From the NCBI GenBank assembly GCA_002840675.1, contig PHBR01000001.1:1-57958 (forward strand): a stretch of 57,958 nt of DNA, given 5' to 3'. This stretch comes from Chloroflexi bacterium HGW-Chloroflexi-9. GTDB taxonomy: Bacteria > Chloroflexota > Dehalococcoidia > UBA2979. Numbering within the stretch: the stretch's first letter is position 1; each line of letters starts with the position of its first letter. Of this stretch, positions 1 through 9,942 are shown in pieces. Below the pieces are notes generated by a model that was not told the origin of the DNA, made no database searches, and saw only the letters and a program-made list of their open reading frames with translations. Both the position numbers and the translations under genes were made by a program.

Positions 1-382
1 CGCCGAAGCGCGTCTCCGCGAGCGCTGCGAGCGTGGCGTCGTGCCCGACGGCGACCGGCAGGCCCAGGGCGTCTGTCAGTGCGGGCACCATCGACCGGTC
101 GTGCCAGCCGGGCAGGTTCGGGGGATGGCGGTACGTCCCGTCCGAGGGGTCGACCGGCCCCGCCGTGGCGAGGCCGACCGCGCCCACCGGCACGTTCGCC
201 TCCCACTGCACGGCCGCCAGTAGCGTGGCGAGGCGTGACGCAGCGTCGTCCAGCCCGCGTCCGGCGTCAGTCGGGATCTGCCGTCGCGCGAGCAGCCGGC
301 CGGTCGTCGGGACGACCACGGCGGCGCGCATGAAGGTCGCCCCGATGTCGGCGGCCAGGACGGCGGGAGGGTCGATCAGCAT
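1..382 (-). CDS. ROK family sugar kinase/regulator (partial, 3' end beyond window edge)
   Basis: The complement of 380-382 is ATG. Translation gives MLIDPPAVLAADIGATFMRAAVVVP...GLATAGPVD...GHDATLAALAE, an N-terminal ROK/glucokinase-like pattern. The ORF runs off the left edge, so it is absent from the ORF track. Confidence 0.6.
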   Translation of the reverse strand, partial: MLIDPPAVLAADIGATFMRAAVVVPTTGRLLARRQIPTDAGRGLDDAASRLATLLAAVQWEANVPVGAVGLATAGPVDPSDGTYRHPPNLPGWHDRSMVPALTDALGLPVAVGHDATLAALAETRFG

Positions 383-451
383 GGGCGCCATTCTCGCGCA
401 TCCACCCGTAACCCGTAGCATGGAGGCCCCACCTACCGCGAAAGGCCCCTC

Positions 452-1612
452 GTGCCGCGCATCCGCCTGACACGGCTCCTTGTGCTGCTGGTCGCCGTGT
501 CGGTGGTCGCCTCGGCATGCCGGTCGGCCTCGCCGCCGGAGGCGCCCAGCACGGTGGTGGTGAGCACCAGCCGCTTCGGCGGCCTCGCGGAGGGCAGCGC
601 GGGCGTGGAGTTTGTCGGGCTTGACCACTGGCTGAACAGCGAGCCAGTCACCCTCGCGTCGCTGGCGGCGCAGAACCGTGTCGTGCTGGTCGACTTCTGG
701 ACGTACACCTGCGTGAACTGCCTGCGCACGCTGCCGTTCCTGGCGGACTGGCATGAGAAGTACGCCGGCCGAGGGCTGACGATCGTCGGTGTGCACGCGC
801 CGGAGTTCGAGTTCGAGAAGCGGCCCGAGAACGTCGCCAACGCCGTGCGGGAGCAGGGCATCCTCTACCCCGTCGCGCAGGACAACGGGATGCGGACCTG
901 GGACGCCTTCCACAACTCGGTATGGCCCGCGAAGTACCTGATCAGCCCGGAAGCCCTCGTCGTCTACCGCCACTTCGGCGAGGGCGACTACGCCGTCACG
1001 GAGGAGGCGATCCGCGCCGCCCTGACGGACGCCGGGTACGACGTCTCCGACATCGAGCCGGGCGGCGTGCCGGAGCCATCGCTCGACCGGGCCACCGTCG
1101 GCATCACGCGCGAGCTGTACGGCGGGTACGAGCGCAACTACTTCCCGGGCGGCGTCTACGCGGCGCAGGAGGAGTACTACCTCGGCCCGGACCGTGCTGT
1201 GCTCTACACCGACCCCGGCGCGCCGCGTGAGCATCACCAGTGGTACGCGCAGGGGGAGTGGCGCAACGAGGCGGAGGCGATCGTCCACGCGCGGGCGACC
1301 GACGATCTGCAGGACTACCTCGCCTTCCAGTTCGTCGCCCGCGCGGTGAACGTGGTCATGCACCCCTCCGAACAGACCGGAGCGTACGAGGTCGTCGTGG
1401 AACTGGACGGTCGCCCCCTCGACCCGGACGCCGCCGGCCCGGACGTGGCGTTCGACGACGAGGGCCGCAGTCTCGTCACCGTCGACCAGCCGAGGATGTA
1501 CCGGGTGGTCGAACTGCCGGCGCTGGGCGAGCATGAACTCGTCCTGCGCATGGACGCGGAGGGCGCGAACATGTACGCGGTCACCTTCGGCGCGTATACG
1601 GAAGGCCCGTAG
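452..1612 (+). CDS. thioredoxin-fold lipoprotein (DipZ C-terminal-like redoxin)
   Basis: Lipoprotein-type signal (LLVAVSVVASAC). Redoxin motif FWTYTCVNCLRTLP (CxxC). 386 aa. Confidence 0.7.
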   Translation: MPRIRLTRLLVLLVAVSVVASACRSASPPEAPSTVVVSTSRFGGLAEGSAGVEFVGLDHWLNSEPVTLASLAAQNRVVLVDFWTYTCVNCLRTLPFLADWHEKYAGRGLTIVGVHAPEFEFEKRPENVANAVREQGILYPVAQDNGMRTWDAFHNSVWPAKYLISPEALVVYRHFGEGDYAVTEEAIRAALTDAGYDVSDIEPGGVPEPSLDRATVGITRELYGGYERNYFPGGVYAAQEEYYLGPDRAVLYTDPGAPREHHQWYAQGEWRNEAEAIVHARATDDLQDYLAFQFVARAVNVVMHPSEQTGAYEVVVELDGRPLDPDAAGPDVAFDDEGRSLVTVDQPRMYRVVELPALGEHELVLRMDAEGANMYAVTFGAYTEGP

Positions 1613-1614
1613 CC

Positions 1615-2586
1615 ATGCACCGACCGAGGCGCCCGGGCGTGCTCGCGCTGATGCTTGCGACGATCCTCGGCGCGGCGCTGGTCGTCGGCTGCGGCGGGGA
1701 TGAGAGCGAGCCTTCGGCGCTGATGCCCGGTTCAGCGCGGCTCGTGGAAGATCCGTTCTCCGGTGGCTACCCGACCTACCACGACGAATCGGCCGGGCTC
1801 CGAGTGATCCTCGGCACACCCGACCTCGGCGCCGGGCCATCGCGGATCGCGTTCGCGCTCTTTGACGATGTCGGGCTGATCGAGTTCCCCGGACTGCTCG
1901 TGCGGACCTACTTCTACCCGGAGGGGCCGGAGGCCATGCGGCTGGGGCCGCTGGAGCAGGCGGTGCTGGACTACCACCAGTTCCCGCTGGGCTCGCGCGG
2001 CACCTTCACCGGGATGCTCGACCTCGCCTCGGCAGGTCTCTGGGGCATCGAGGTCGCCGTCCCCCGCCCGGACGGAAGCATCGAGTCGCTCCTGTTCCCG
2101 GTGCTGGTGAAGGAGCAGAGCACCGCGCCGGCCGTCGGTGCGCTGGCCCCACGCGGCGAGAACCGCATGGCACTCGATGTCGCGTCCCTCGCCGAGCTCA
2201 CCACCTCCAGCGAGCCGGACCCGGCGCTCTACGCGGAGCGCATCAACGCTGCGCTCGATCGAGGCCGCCCGTTCGTGATCACGTTCGCCTCGCCCGCGTT
2301 CTGCACCACCGCGCTCTGCGGGCCGCAGGTGGAACTCCTGAGCGAACTCGTCCCCACCTGGGGTGACCGCTACTCCTTCATCCACATCGACCTGTACGAG
2401 AACCCGCACGAGATCCGCGGCGACCTCGACCGGGCGCGGCGGACGCCCCTCCTGGAGACGTGGGGGATTGAGAGCGACGAGTGGACGTTCGTCGTGGGCG
2501 CGGACGGGCGCATCGCCGCGCGGTTCGAGTCCTTCGTAGCGCGCGAGGAACTGGAGGCGGCCCTGCAGGCCGCCCTCGTCCCCTAG
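1615..2586 (+). CDS. thioredoxin-like/SCO-like lipoprotein
   Basis: Signal plus lipobox (LVVGCGG). C-terminal FVITFASPAFCTTALCGPQ thiol motif. Starts 3 nt after the previous stop. Confidence 0.5.
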   Translation: MHRPRRPGVLALMLATILGAALVVGCGGDESEPSALMPGSARLVEDPFSGGYPTYHDESAGLRVILGTPDLGAGPSRIAFALFDDVGLIEFPGLLVRTYFYPEGPEAMRLGPLEQAVLDYHQFPLGSRGTFTGMLDLASAGLWGIEVAVPRPDGSIESLLFPVLVKEQSTAPAVGALAPRGENRMALDVASLAELTTSSEPDPALYAERINAALDRGRPFVITFASPAFCTTALCGPQVELLSELVPTWGDRYSFIHIDLYENPHEIRGDLDRARRTPLLETWGIESDEWTFVVGADGRIAARFESFVAREELEAALQAALVP

Positions 2587-2617
2587 TCCCCTCCGACGCG
2601 GCTACGCGACGGCAGGC

Positions 2618-3037
2618 TCATCCGACGGCCGGCACCGCGGCGGTACAGGCCGCGCACCTCACGGCGGCCTTCGGGATCTCGGTCAGGCACTCCGGGCAGG
2701 GCCGTGTGGTTGCCTCGGGCTCCGGGACGGCGCTCTGGCGGCGGGCCTGCAGGTGGTTCATCGGCCGAATGATCAGGTAGAAGATCACCAGCGCCGTGAT
2801 CAGAAACGACACCAGCACGCTGATGAAGTTGCCGTAGGTCACGACCGCCTCGTTCACGGTGAACGAGTACTCGGTGAAGTCCGTCTTTCCACCGGCCGCC
2901 GCGACCAGCGGGTTCAGGATGTCCGCCAGGAAGGAGTCGATCACTCCCTTGAAGGCGGCGCCGATCATGATGCCGATCGCCAGGTCCACCACGTTGCCGC
3001 GCAACAGGAACGCTCTGAACTCCGCCATCTTGAACAT
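2618..3037 (-). CDS. mscL: large-conductance mechanosensitive channel MscL with C-terminal 4-Cys tail
   Basis: N-terminus FRAFLLRGNVVDLAIGIMIGAAF is the MscL signature. Two TM segments. The tail contains CPEC...CAAC. Confidence 0.9.
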   Translation of the reverse strand: MFKMAEFRAFLLRGNVVDLAIGIMIGAAFKGVIDSFLADILNPLVAAAGGKTDFTEYSFTVNEAVVTYGNFISVLVSFLITALVIFYLIIRPMNHLQARRQSAVPEPEATTRPCPECLTEIPKAAVRCAACTAAVPAVG

Positions 3038-3156
3038 CCTGTGACCTCCTCCGCACGCCCAGCCGCGGTCCGTACGGCCGCACCATAGCCGCCCGGAGCG
3101 AGCCGTGGGCCCTCCCGGGCCGTGGCGAACGAGCCTCGCCCGCTATCCTCGATCGG

Positions 3157-4485
3157 ATGGAGGTGGAGATGGCCGCTTCGATATCCCCGTTCGCGCTCCA
3201 GGTGTCCGTGGAGCGCCACCGGCTCGCCAACGGCCTGCGCGTGGTGTTGAGCCCGGATCGGTCTGCGCCTGTGGTGTGCGTGGCGGTCTACTACCACGTC
3301 GGCATGCGCCTGGAACCGCAGGGCCGCACCGGCTTCGCGCACCTCTTCGAGCACCTGATGTTCCAGGGCTCCCCGAGCCTGGCGAAGATGGAGCTCGTGC
3401 GCCTGGTTCAGCAGAACGGCGGCACGCTCAACGGCTCCACCCGCTACGACTTCACCAACTACTTCGAGGTGATGCCCTCGACCGCCCTCGAACTCGCGCT
3501 CTGGATGGAGGCGGACCGCATGCGCGGCCCCGTCATCACGCAGGCCGAACTCGACAACCAGCGCGATGTCGTGAAGAACGAGATCCGGGTGAACGTCCTG
3601 AACCAGCCGTACGGCTCGTTCCCGTGGATCGACATGCAGGAGCGCGCTTACTCCAACTGGCACAACAGCCACAACGGCTACGGCGACATGGCGGACCTGG
3701 ACGCCGCGAGCCTGGCGGACGTGCAGGCGTTCTTCGACACCTACTATTCGCCGGCGAACGCCGTGCTCGTGGTCGTCGGCGATATCGAGCCGTCCGAGAC
3801 GCTCGTCCTCGCGCGCAAGTACTTCGAGGAGATCCCGGCGACGCCGGCGCCTGCCGCGCCGGATATCTCCGAGCCGCGCCAGACCGAGGCGCGCCGCTTC
3901 AGTCGCACCGACCCGCTGGCCAACCGGCCCGCCCTGGCCGTCTCCTACCACCTGCCGGAACGCGGCACGCCGCAGTTCTACGCGATGGGCCTGATCCACC
4001 AATTGCTTGCTGCGGGCGACGACTCGCTGCTGCACCACGAACTCGTGACGCGGCGCGGCTACACGGGCGAGGTGGACGCGAGCCTCAACTTCCTGGGCCA
4101 CATGCACAACGCGCAGACGCCGCTGCTCTGGACGGTGGTCGCCGTCCATGACGACGAGGTCGCCGCCGACGCGATCGTGGAAGCGATGGAGGGGGTGATC
4201 GCGCCGCTGCGGGAGACCCTGGTGGACGCCGAAACGCTCGAACGCGCACGCACGAAGGCGCGCGCCAGCCTGCTCCGCACAGCTGGCGACTCCGTCTACC
4301 CGCGCTTCGGCCTGGCCGACCTGCTCGCCGCGTTCGAACTGCTGGAGGGCGACGCGAGCCACGTCAACGAGATCGACGCGCGCTTCGCGGCCATCACCCC
4401 GGAGATCGTGCTGGAGACGGCGCGCGAGGTGCTGCGTCCGACCAACCGCAACGTGCTTGTGCTGGAAGCCGGAGCCGCCTCGTGA
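3157..4485 (+). CDS. M16 family zinc peptidase (active subunit)
   Basis: Inverted zinc-binding motif HLFEHLMFQGS (HxxEH). 442 aa. Confidence 0.85.
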   Translation: MEVEMAASISPFALQVSVERHRLANGLRVVLSPDRSAPVVCVAVYYHVGMRLEPQGRTGFAHLFEHLMFQGSPSLAKMELVRLVQQNGGTLNGSTRYDFTNYFEVMPSTALELALWMEADRMRGPVITQAELDNQRDVVKNEIRVNVLNQPYGSFPWIDMQERAYSNWHNSHNGYGDMADLDAASLADVQAFFDTYYSPANAVLVVVGDIEPSETLVLARKYFEEIPATPAPAAPDISEPRQTEARRFSRTDPLANRPALAVSYHLPERGTPQFYAMGLIHQLLAAGDDSLLHHELVTRRGYTGEVDASLNFLGHMHNAQTPLLWTVVAVHDDEVAADAIVEAMEGVIAPLRETLVDAETLERARTKARASLLRTAGDSVYPRFGLADLLAAFELLEGDASHVNEIDARFAAITPEIVLETAREVLRPTNRNVLVLEAGAAS

Positions 4486-5804
4486 GCCTGCCGCCCCGCC
4501 CCACCGTCCCGCCGCTCGCTACCTTCGTCCTGCCGCCTCGCCGCGTGGAGACGCTGCCCGGCGGCGCTCGCGCCACGCTGATCGATGTCGGCACGGTGCC
4601 GCTCGCCGGGATCCGCCTCGTGCTGGGCTCCGGCTCGGTGGACCTGTCTCCGGACGCCACCTGGCTGGACCGCTTCGTCTTCGACTACCTGCGCGAGGGC
4701 ACTGAGCAGCGTGACGCCGCCGCCTTCGCCGCCGCGCTCGCCGCGATGGGCGGGCGTCTGGAGGTCGACTCGGACGAGCAGACCACCACCCTGCAGACGG
4801 AGGTCCTCTCCGAGCACGCCCCGGCGGCGGTGGCTCTGCTGGTGGAACTCGCCCGCACGCCTCGATTCCCGCAGGATGCTGCCGAGCGGCTCCTGACCGA
4901 CCTGCACCGGTCGCTGGACATGGCGACCGCGCAGCCCTCGTGGCTCGCGCACACGGCGATGCGGAAGGCGCTGTTCGGCGACCAGCCTTACGGGCGAGTC
5001 ATGCCCACCTCGGAGATGCTGGACTCGTTCACCACGGCGCGGGCGGCGGAGTTCTGGGCCCGCACCACGGGTGCGGGGCGCGCCCACCTGCTGCTCGCCG
5101 GCCGCTTCGCTGCCGATGCGGTACTGGAAGCGGCGCAGCGGAGCATGGACGGCTGGGCACCCGGGCCGGAGGCCGCGCCGCTCGTCGTCACCACGCGCGC
5201 CGAACGGGCGATCCACCTGATCGACCGCCCCGGCTCGGAGCAGTCGACATTCCAGCTGGGGCTGCCGGTGATCGACCCTGGGCACAAAGATTATGTCGCG
5301 CTAGAGGTCACGAACGCCCTCCTCGGCGGCGCGTTCGCCTCCCGCATCACCATGAACATCCGGGAGGACAAGGGGTACACCTACTCGCCGCGGTCGGTGA
5401 TCTCCACACGGCCGCAGGGTACCTACTGGGCGGAGGTCGCGGACGTCACCACCGCCGTCACCGGCGCGTCCCTTCGCGAGATCTTCGGGGAAATCGACCG
5501 CCTGCGCGGCGAGGCGCCGCCCGAGGAAGAACTCACCGGCGTCAGGAATTATGTCGCCGGCTCGTTCGTGATCCGGCAGTCCTCACCGGCTGCCCTGCTC
5601 GACCACCTCGAGTTCCTCGACCGCCACGGGCTGGACGCGTCCTACTCCGCGACCTACCTCGAACGGGTGCAGGCGGTCACGCCCGCCGAGGTGCAGCGGC
5701 TGACCGTGGAGCACCTGCGGCCGGAGGCGATGGCGGTGGCGATGGTCGCGGATCGCGCCGTGGTGGAGCCCCAGCTGGCCGAGTTCGGCCCAATCCTGGC
5801 ATGA
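4482..5804 (+). CDS. M16 family peptidase-like protein (non-catalytic partner)
   Basis: 4-nt overlap with the upstream M16 gene. Similar size and architecture, but no HxxEH motif seen. Confidence 0.75.
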   Translation: MSLPPRPTVPPLATFVLPPRRVETLPGGARATLIDVGTVPLAGIRLVLGSGSVDLSPDATWLDRFVFDYLREGTEQRDAAAFAAALAAMGGRLEVDSDEQTTTLQTEVLSEHAPAAVALLVELARTPRFPQDAAERLLTDLHRSLDMATAQPSWLAHTAMRKALFGDQPYGRVMPTSEMLDSFTTARAAEFWARTTGAGRAHLLLAGRFAADAVLEAAQRSMDGWAPGPEAAPLVVTTRAERAIHLIDRPGSEQSTFQLGLPVIDPGHKDYVALEVTNALLGGAFASRITMNIREDKGYTYSPRSVISTRPQGTYWAEVADVTTAVTGASLREIFGEIDRLRGEAPPEEELTGVRNYVAGSFVIRQSSPAALLDHLEFLDRHGLDASYSATYLERVQAVTPAEVQRLTVEHLRPEAMAVAMVADRAVVEPQLAEFGPILA

Positions 5805-5843
5805 CCGAGGGCGAGCGACCGGGCCGCGCGGGAACGCCCGGCC

Positions 5844-6344
5844 GTGCGAGAGCGTTCTGTTGATATGACCATCTCGCTCGCCAGCCTCGTCGCCTTCCTT
5901 GCCCTCCTCCTCTCGCTCCTGGCCGGGGCGATGGGGGGTGAGGGCACACCCCTGCCGGGGCCGACCCCGACGGCTACCGCCACCGCCACGCCCTCCAGCA
6001 CCCCCTTCACGCCGGACGGCCGTCCCGGCCAGGAGGCGCTCCTTCATCCCGGCGAGCGTGCGGTGTTCGAGGCGGAGGGCGAACGCCTCGAGGTGCTGTT
6101 CGTCGGCGTGACCGCGGACTCGCGGTGCCCGGTGGACGTCACCTGCATCTGGGCGGGCGAGGCGCGGGTCGCGCTGGACTTCGTCGGGCTGATGTCGTGG
6201 GAGGGCACGCTGTCCGGCGACACCGGCGCGTCCGTGATCGTGGCCGGCTGGATCGTGACCGTGACAGACCTGACGCCCGCGCCTCGGAGCGACCGGCCGA
6301 TCGCGCCCGGCGACTACGAGGCCAGGATCGTGGTGACGCGCTAG
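5844..6344 (+). CDS. hypothetical membrane-anchored/secreted protein
   Basis: N-terminal hydrophobic segment followed by a Thr/Pro-rich linker (PTPTATATATPSSTP). The start may be the internal ATG at 5865. Confidence 0.4.
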   Translation: MRERSVDMTISLASLVAFLALLLSLLAGAMGGEGTPLPGPTPTATATATPSSTPFTPDGRPGQEALLHPGERAVFEAEGERLEVLFVGVTADSRCPVDVTCIWAGEARVALDFVGLMSWEGTLSGDTGASVIVAGWIVTVTDLTPAPRSDRPIAPGDYEARIVVTR

Positions 6345-7555
6345 GCCGGCTTCGGCCGGCGCTGCAGCGGCTCCGCGACGAGGAAGTACATGACCGCCGC
6401 GCCGGCCAGGCCCAGGCCGCCCGTCGCGACCGAGGCGGCCCCGAGGGACATCAGCGCCGTCAGCGCGCTGATCAGCGTCGGCCCACCCGCCGTGCCTACG
6501 TCGCCGATCAGACGCCAGACGCCCAGGAACTCGCCTCGACCGGTCGGCGGCGAGAAGTCCGCGCCCAGGGTCATGACGATGCCGCTGCCGAGACCGTTAC
6601 CGAAGCCGCTGATGAGCGCGACGATCAGCAACCCGGTGAAGCTGCTCGTCAGCGGGATGGCGATCGTCCCGACCGCCATGATGAGCAGGCACGGCACCGC
6701 CACCCACTTCCGGCCCAGGCGGTCCATGACGATCCCCACCGGATAGAAGAGCGTCATATCGATCGCGAACGACAGCCCGACGATCGCACCGATGGCGGCC
6801 GGGTCCAGACCGATCTGGTCGCCCCAGAGCGGGATGATCACCTGCCGTGCCGCACGCAGCGCCTGCACCGCCATCATGGCGACACCCGCGGTCGCGAACG
6901 CGCCTCGGTTCTCGCGGAGCACGCCGGCGAACCGCTGGTAGATGCCTTGCTCGTGGAACTCTTCCCGGCCCTCATCGCCCTTCATCAGCAGGAACATCGT
7001 GATCGCGCCCAGGCTGACGAACAGCGCCTGCATGTAGAACGCGGACTCCAGGCCCCAGACCGTCGCGCCGATACCGCCGGCGAACGGCCCCACAAAGTTC
7101 CCGATGCGATTCGTCCCACCGAGGAGGGACAGCGCCCGCCCGCGCTGCTCGATCGGCGCCGCCTCGCTCACGTAGGCGAGCCGGGCCAGTGTCCACACCG
7201 ACCAACCGCAGCCCATCACGAATACGAGGAGCGAGAGGACCACGATCGAGTTCGTAAGCCCTGCGCCGATCGAGACGATCGCGAGCGCGATGGTGCCGAT
7301 CGCCATCGCCCCGCGCTCGCCGAACCGGGAGACCAGGATGCCGGCCGGGATGTCGAAGAGCATCGTGCCGTAGTTGCGGAGCGCCACTACCAGGCTCGCG
7401 ATCGCCAGCGTCGCGCCCAGGTCGGTCGCGTACAGAGGCAGGATCGGGATGACGGCGCCCTGCCCGACCGCAAAGAGGAAGGTCGGAAGGTAGACGGAGA
7501 GCCCCAGCGAGCGGATGCGAAACGGGGGGGCGGCGTCTGAGGACATGCGCGCCAT
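6341..7555 (-). CDS. MFS transporter
   Basis: Many TM helices. The N-terminal 80 aa of the tracked ORF are Arg/Pro-rich and non-protein-like. The start is placed at the internal ATG (MARMSSDAAPPFRIRSLGLSVYLPTFLFAVGQG). Confidence 0.8.
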   Translation of the reverse strand: MARMSSDAAPPFRIRSLGLSVYLPTFLFAVGQGAVIPILPLYATDLGATLAIASLVVALRNYGTMLFDIPAGILVSRFGERGAMAIGTIALAIVSIGAGLTNSIVVLSLLVFVMGCGWSVWTLARLAYVSEAAPIEQRGRALSLLGGTNRIGNFVGPFAGGIGATVWGLESAFYMQALFVSLGAITMFLLMKGDEGREEFHEQGIYQRFAGVLRENRGAFATAGVAMMAVQALRAARQVIIPLWGDQIGLDPAAIGAIVGLSFAIDMTLFYPVGIVMDRLGRKWVAVPCLLIMAVGTIAIPLTSSFTGLLIVALISGFGNGLGSGIVMTLGADFSPPTGRGEFLGVWRLIGDVGTAGGPTLISALTALMSLGAASVATGGLGLAGAAVMYFLVAEPLQRRPKPA

Positions 7556-7647
7556 CCTACGGCGGCGGATCACTGGGCGCATCGGGCGGTCGCGCAGCCT
7601 CGACGGCCCGGGGGCTGTCCCGACTACGGGTCGCCCGGCGCCTGCCG

Positions 7648-9936
7648 ATGATTGGCACGGGAGGACTGTGCCTCCCGCACGGGAGGTGCGCGATCCACGG
7701 CGTGAAGGGCTGGCTGGAGCTGTGTTGCTGGGTGCTGGCCGTGATGGCCGCGATGAGCGTCTCGCTGCTCGCGCTGGTCGCCCGCGGCCCGGCATGGCAC
7801 GTGACCGAGGCGCTCTCCATGGTTGCCATGGCGGGATCGCTGACGGGGCTGCTCGCCGCCGTGCGTGAGCGTCGCGGGGGGCGCACCCAGCGCGGCTGGC
7901 TGCAGGCGATCACGGAGAGCCTACCCGACATCCTCTTCGACGCACGACCGGACGGGTCGCTCCGGGCGGTCAGCACGGCCAGCCAGTCGCTGCTCGGCTA
8001 CGCGCCGGAGGAACTGGCCGGCCGCCATGTCTGCTCGATCACCACCGACCCACTCCCGGACCTCGGCCCGCGCACACCTGGCAACGAGCCGATCGTCTGG
8101 AACACTCGCTGGATCCACGCCAACGGCGACCGCATCCCCCTGAGTGCGCAGCTCCGTCCCGTCCGGGATGCCTCCGGCCAGCTCGTCGCGATCCAGGGGC
8201 TGGTGCGGGACCACCGTGACCGGCTGGCGGCGGAGGAGGCGCTCCGCGACAGCGAGGAGCGGTTCCGGCGCGTGCTGGACACCGCGCAGAACGGCGTCCT
8301 GCTGGTCTCCCACGACGGCCGCCTGCTGCTCACCAACGACGCCCTCCGCTCCCTCCTCGGGTACCAGGTGCAGGACATGCGCCGGCTCACGCTCGCGGAC
8401 ATCGTCCACCCGGTCTACCTGGACCAGGTGACCGCGCTGATGGCGTCCCGCATGTGGTCGGACGCTGCACCCGGCCACTACGAGGTGGCGCTGGTCGGCC
8501 ACGACGGCAACCGCATTGAGGTCGAGGTGTCCCTCGCCGCATTCCGCGAGTCCGGGAAGCAGACCGGCGCCCTCATGGAGGTGCGCGACCTGACCGAGGC
8601 CCGGCGGGCGTCCGAGACGATCCGCCGGATGGCGGACTACGACCGCCTGACGGGACTCCCGAACCGGGAGTTGTTCGACCGCCACTTCCAGCGCGCGATC
8701 ATCGATGGACGCGCCAACGGGCAGCACGTCGCGGTGATCCTGTTCGACCTGGATCGGTTCAAGTTGATCAACGACACGCTGGGGCACCCGTCCGGCGACC
8801 GGCTCCTGAAGGCCGTCGCCGATCGGTTGTCGAAGCGGCTGCCGTCTCGCCACATCCTGGCGCGCTTCAGCGGCGACGAGTTCCTGGTGCTGGCACCCGA
8901 CCTCGGCGGTGTGCCCGCTGCGGAGGGCATCGCCGCCCGGCTGCTGGAGGCCTTCGCGGAGCCGTTCGAGCACGACGGCAACCATCTGCAGGTGTCGGCG
9001 ACCGCGGGCGTGGCTGTCTACCCGCTCCATGCGGAGGACCCAGACACCCTCATCCGCATCGCGGATGCCGCCATGCACGCCGGGAAGGCGGAGGGCGGCA
9101 ACCGCTTCCAGCTGGGCTCCGACAACGCCGATGACCCGGCCCGCCGCCGCCTGGCGCTGGAGGCAGACCTCCGCCGGGCCGTCGAGCACGAGGAGTTCGA
9201 GGTCTACTACCAGCCGCAGGTCGACCCGAAGTCGGGCGAGGTGCTGGGGCTGGAGGCGCTGCTGCGCTGGCATCACGCGGAACGCGGGCCGGTCAGCCCC
9301 GGCGAGTTCGTGCCGCTGCTGGAGGAGACCGGCCTGATCGTGGAAGTCGGCGAGTGGGTCCTGCGCCAGGCCTGCCGCGAAACCCAGGCCTGGCGGGCGC
9401 GCGGCTTCCCGCGCCTCCGGATCGCCGTGAACCTGGCCCCCCGCCAGTTCCTGGTCCCCGACCTGGAGCGGCGGGTGCGGCTGGCGCTGGAGGAGTCTGG
9501 GCTGCCGCCAGAGGCGCTGGAACTGGAACTGACGGAGTCCGCCGGCACACTGAACCTGGATGCGGTGGAGGACGTGCTGGAACGGCTGTCCGCGATCGGC
9601 GTGACGACGGCGATCGACGATTTTGGCATTGGCCACTCCTGGCTCGGGCGCCTCCGGCAGCTGCCGATTCGCACGCTGAAGGTGGACCGCTCGTTCATCG
9701 CGGGTATGGCCGCCTCCGTGAACGACATGGCGATCGTGGAGGCGGTCGTCGCGCTGGGGCACGCGCTGGGCCTGAGCGTGGTCGCGGAGGGTGTGGAGAA
9801 CGAAGGGCAACTGGAGGTGGTGCGTGCGATCGGCTGTGACCTGATCCAGGGCTTCTACTTTGCCCCGGCCGTCCCTGCCGGGCAGGTGGTGCACATGCTC
9901 GCCGGAGGGTTCGCGATCCGCCGCGCCGCCGCTTAG
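7648..9936 (+). CDS. membrane-associated PAS-PAS-GGDEF-EAL signalling protein (c-di-GMP turnover)
   Basis: PAS-like segments. GGDEF-type domain with RFSGDEFLVL. EAL domain with EALLRW and DDFGIGHSWL. Start uncertain. Confidence 0.85.
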   Translation: MIGTGGLCLPHGRCAIHGVKGWLELCCWVLAVMAAMSVSLLALVARGPAWHVTEALSMVAMAGSLTGLLAAVRERRGGRTQRGWLQAITESLPDILFDARPDGSLRAVSTASQSLLGYAPEELAGRHVCSITTDPLPDLGPRTPGNEPIVWNTRWIHANGDRIPLSAQLRPVRDASGQLVAIQGLVRDHRDRLAAEEALRDSEERFRRVLDTAQNGVLLVSHDGRLLLTNDALRSLLGYQVQDMRRLTLADIVHPVYLDQVTALMASRMWSDAAPGHYEVALVGHDGNRIEVEVSLAAFRESGKQTGALMEVRDLTEARRASETIRRMADYDRLTGLPNRELFDRHFQRAIIDGRANGQHVAVILFDLDRFKLINDTLGHPSGDRLLKAVADRLSKRLPSRHILARFSGDEFLVLAPDLGGVPAAEGIAARLLEAFAEPFEHDGNHLQVSATAGVAVYPLHAEDPDTLIRIADAAMHAGKAEGGNRFQLGSDNADDPARRRLALEADLRRAVEHEEFEVYYQPQVDPKSGEVLGLEALLRWHHAERGPVSPGEFVPLLEETGLIVEVGEWVLRQACRETQAWRARGFPRLRIAVNLAPRQFLVPDLERRVRLALEESGLPPEALELELTESAGTLNLDAVEDVLERLSAIGVTTAIDDFGIGHSWLGRLRQLPIRTLKVDRSFIAGMAASVNDMAIVEAVVALGHALGLSVVAEGVENEGQLEVVRAIGCDLIQGFYFAPAVPAGQVVHMLAGGFAIRRAAA

Positions 9937-9942
9937 CGGGGC

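Noticed and set aside
33-518. Several overlapping ORFs at the left edge (33..470 +, 79..333 +, 267..518 -)
   Set aside because: They overlap the ROK-family gene read from the complement of 1-382 and have low-complexity Arg/Pro/Ala-rich translations.
6125-7540. 471-aa plus-strand ORF opposite the MFS transporter
   Set aside because: Highly charged Arg/Asp/His-rich translation, antisense to a clear multi-TM transporter.
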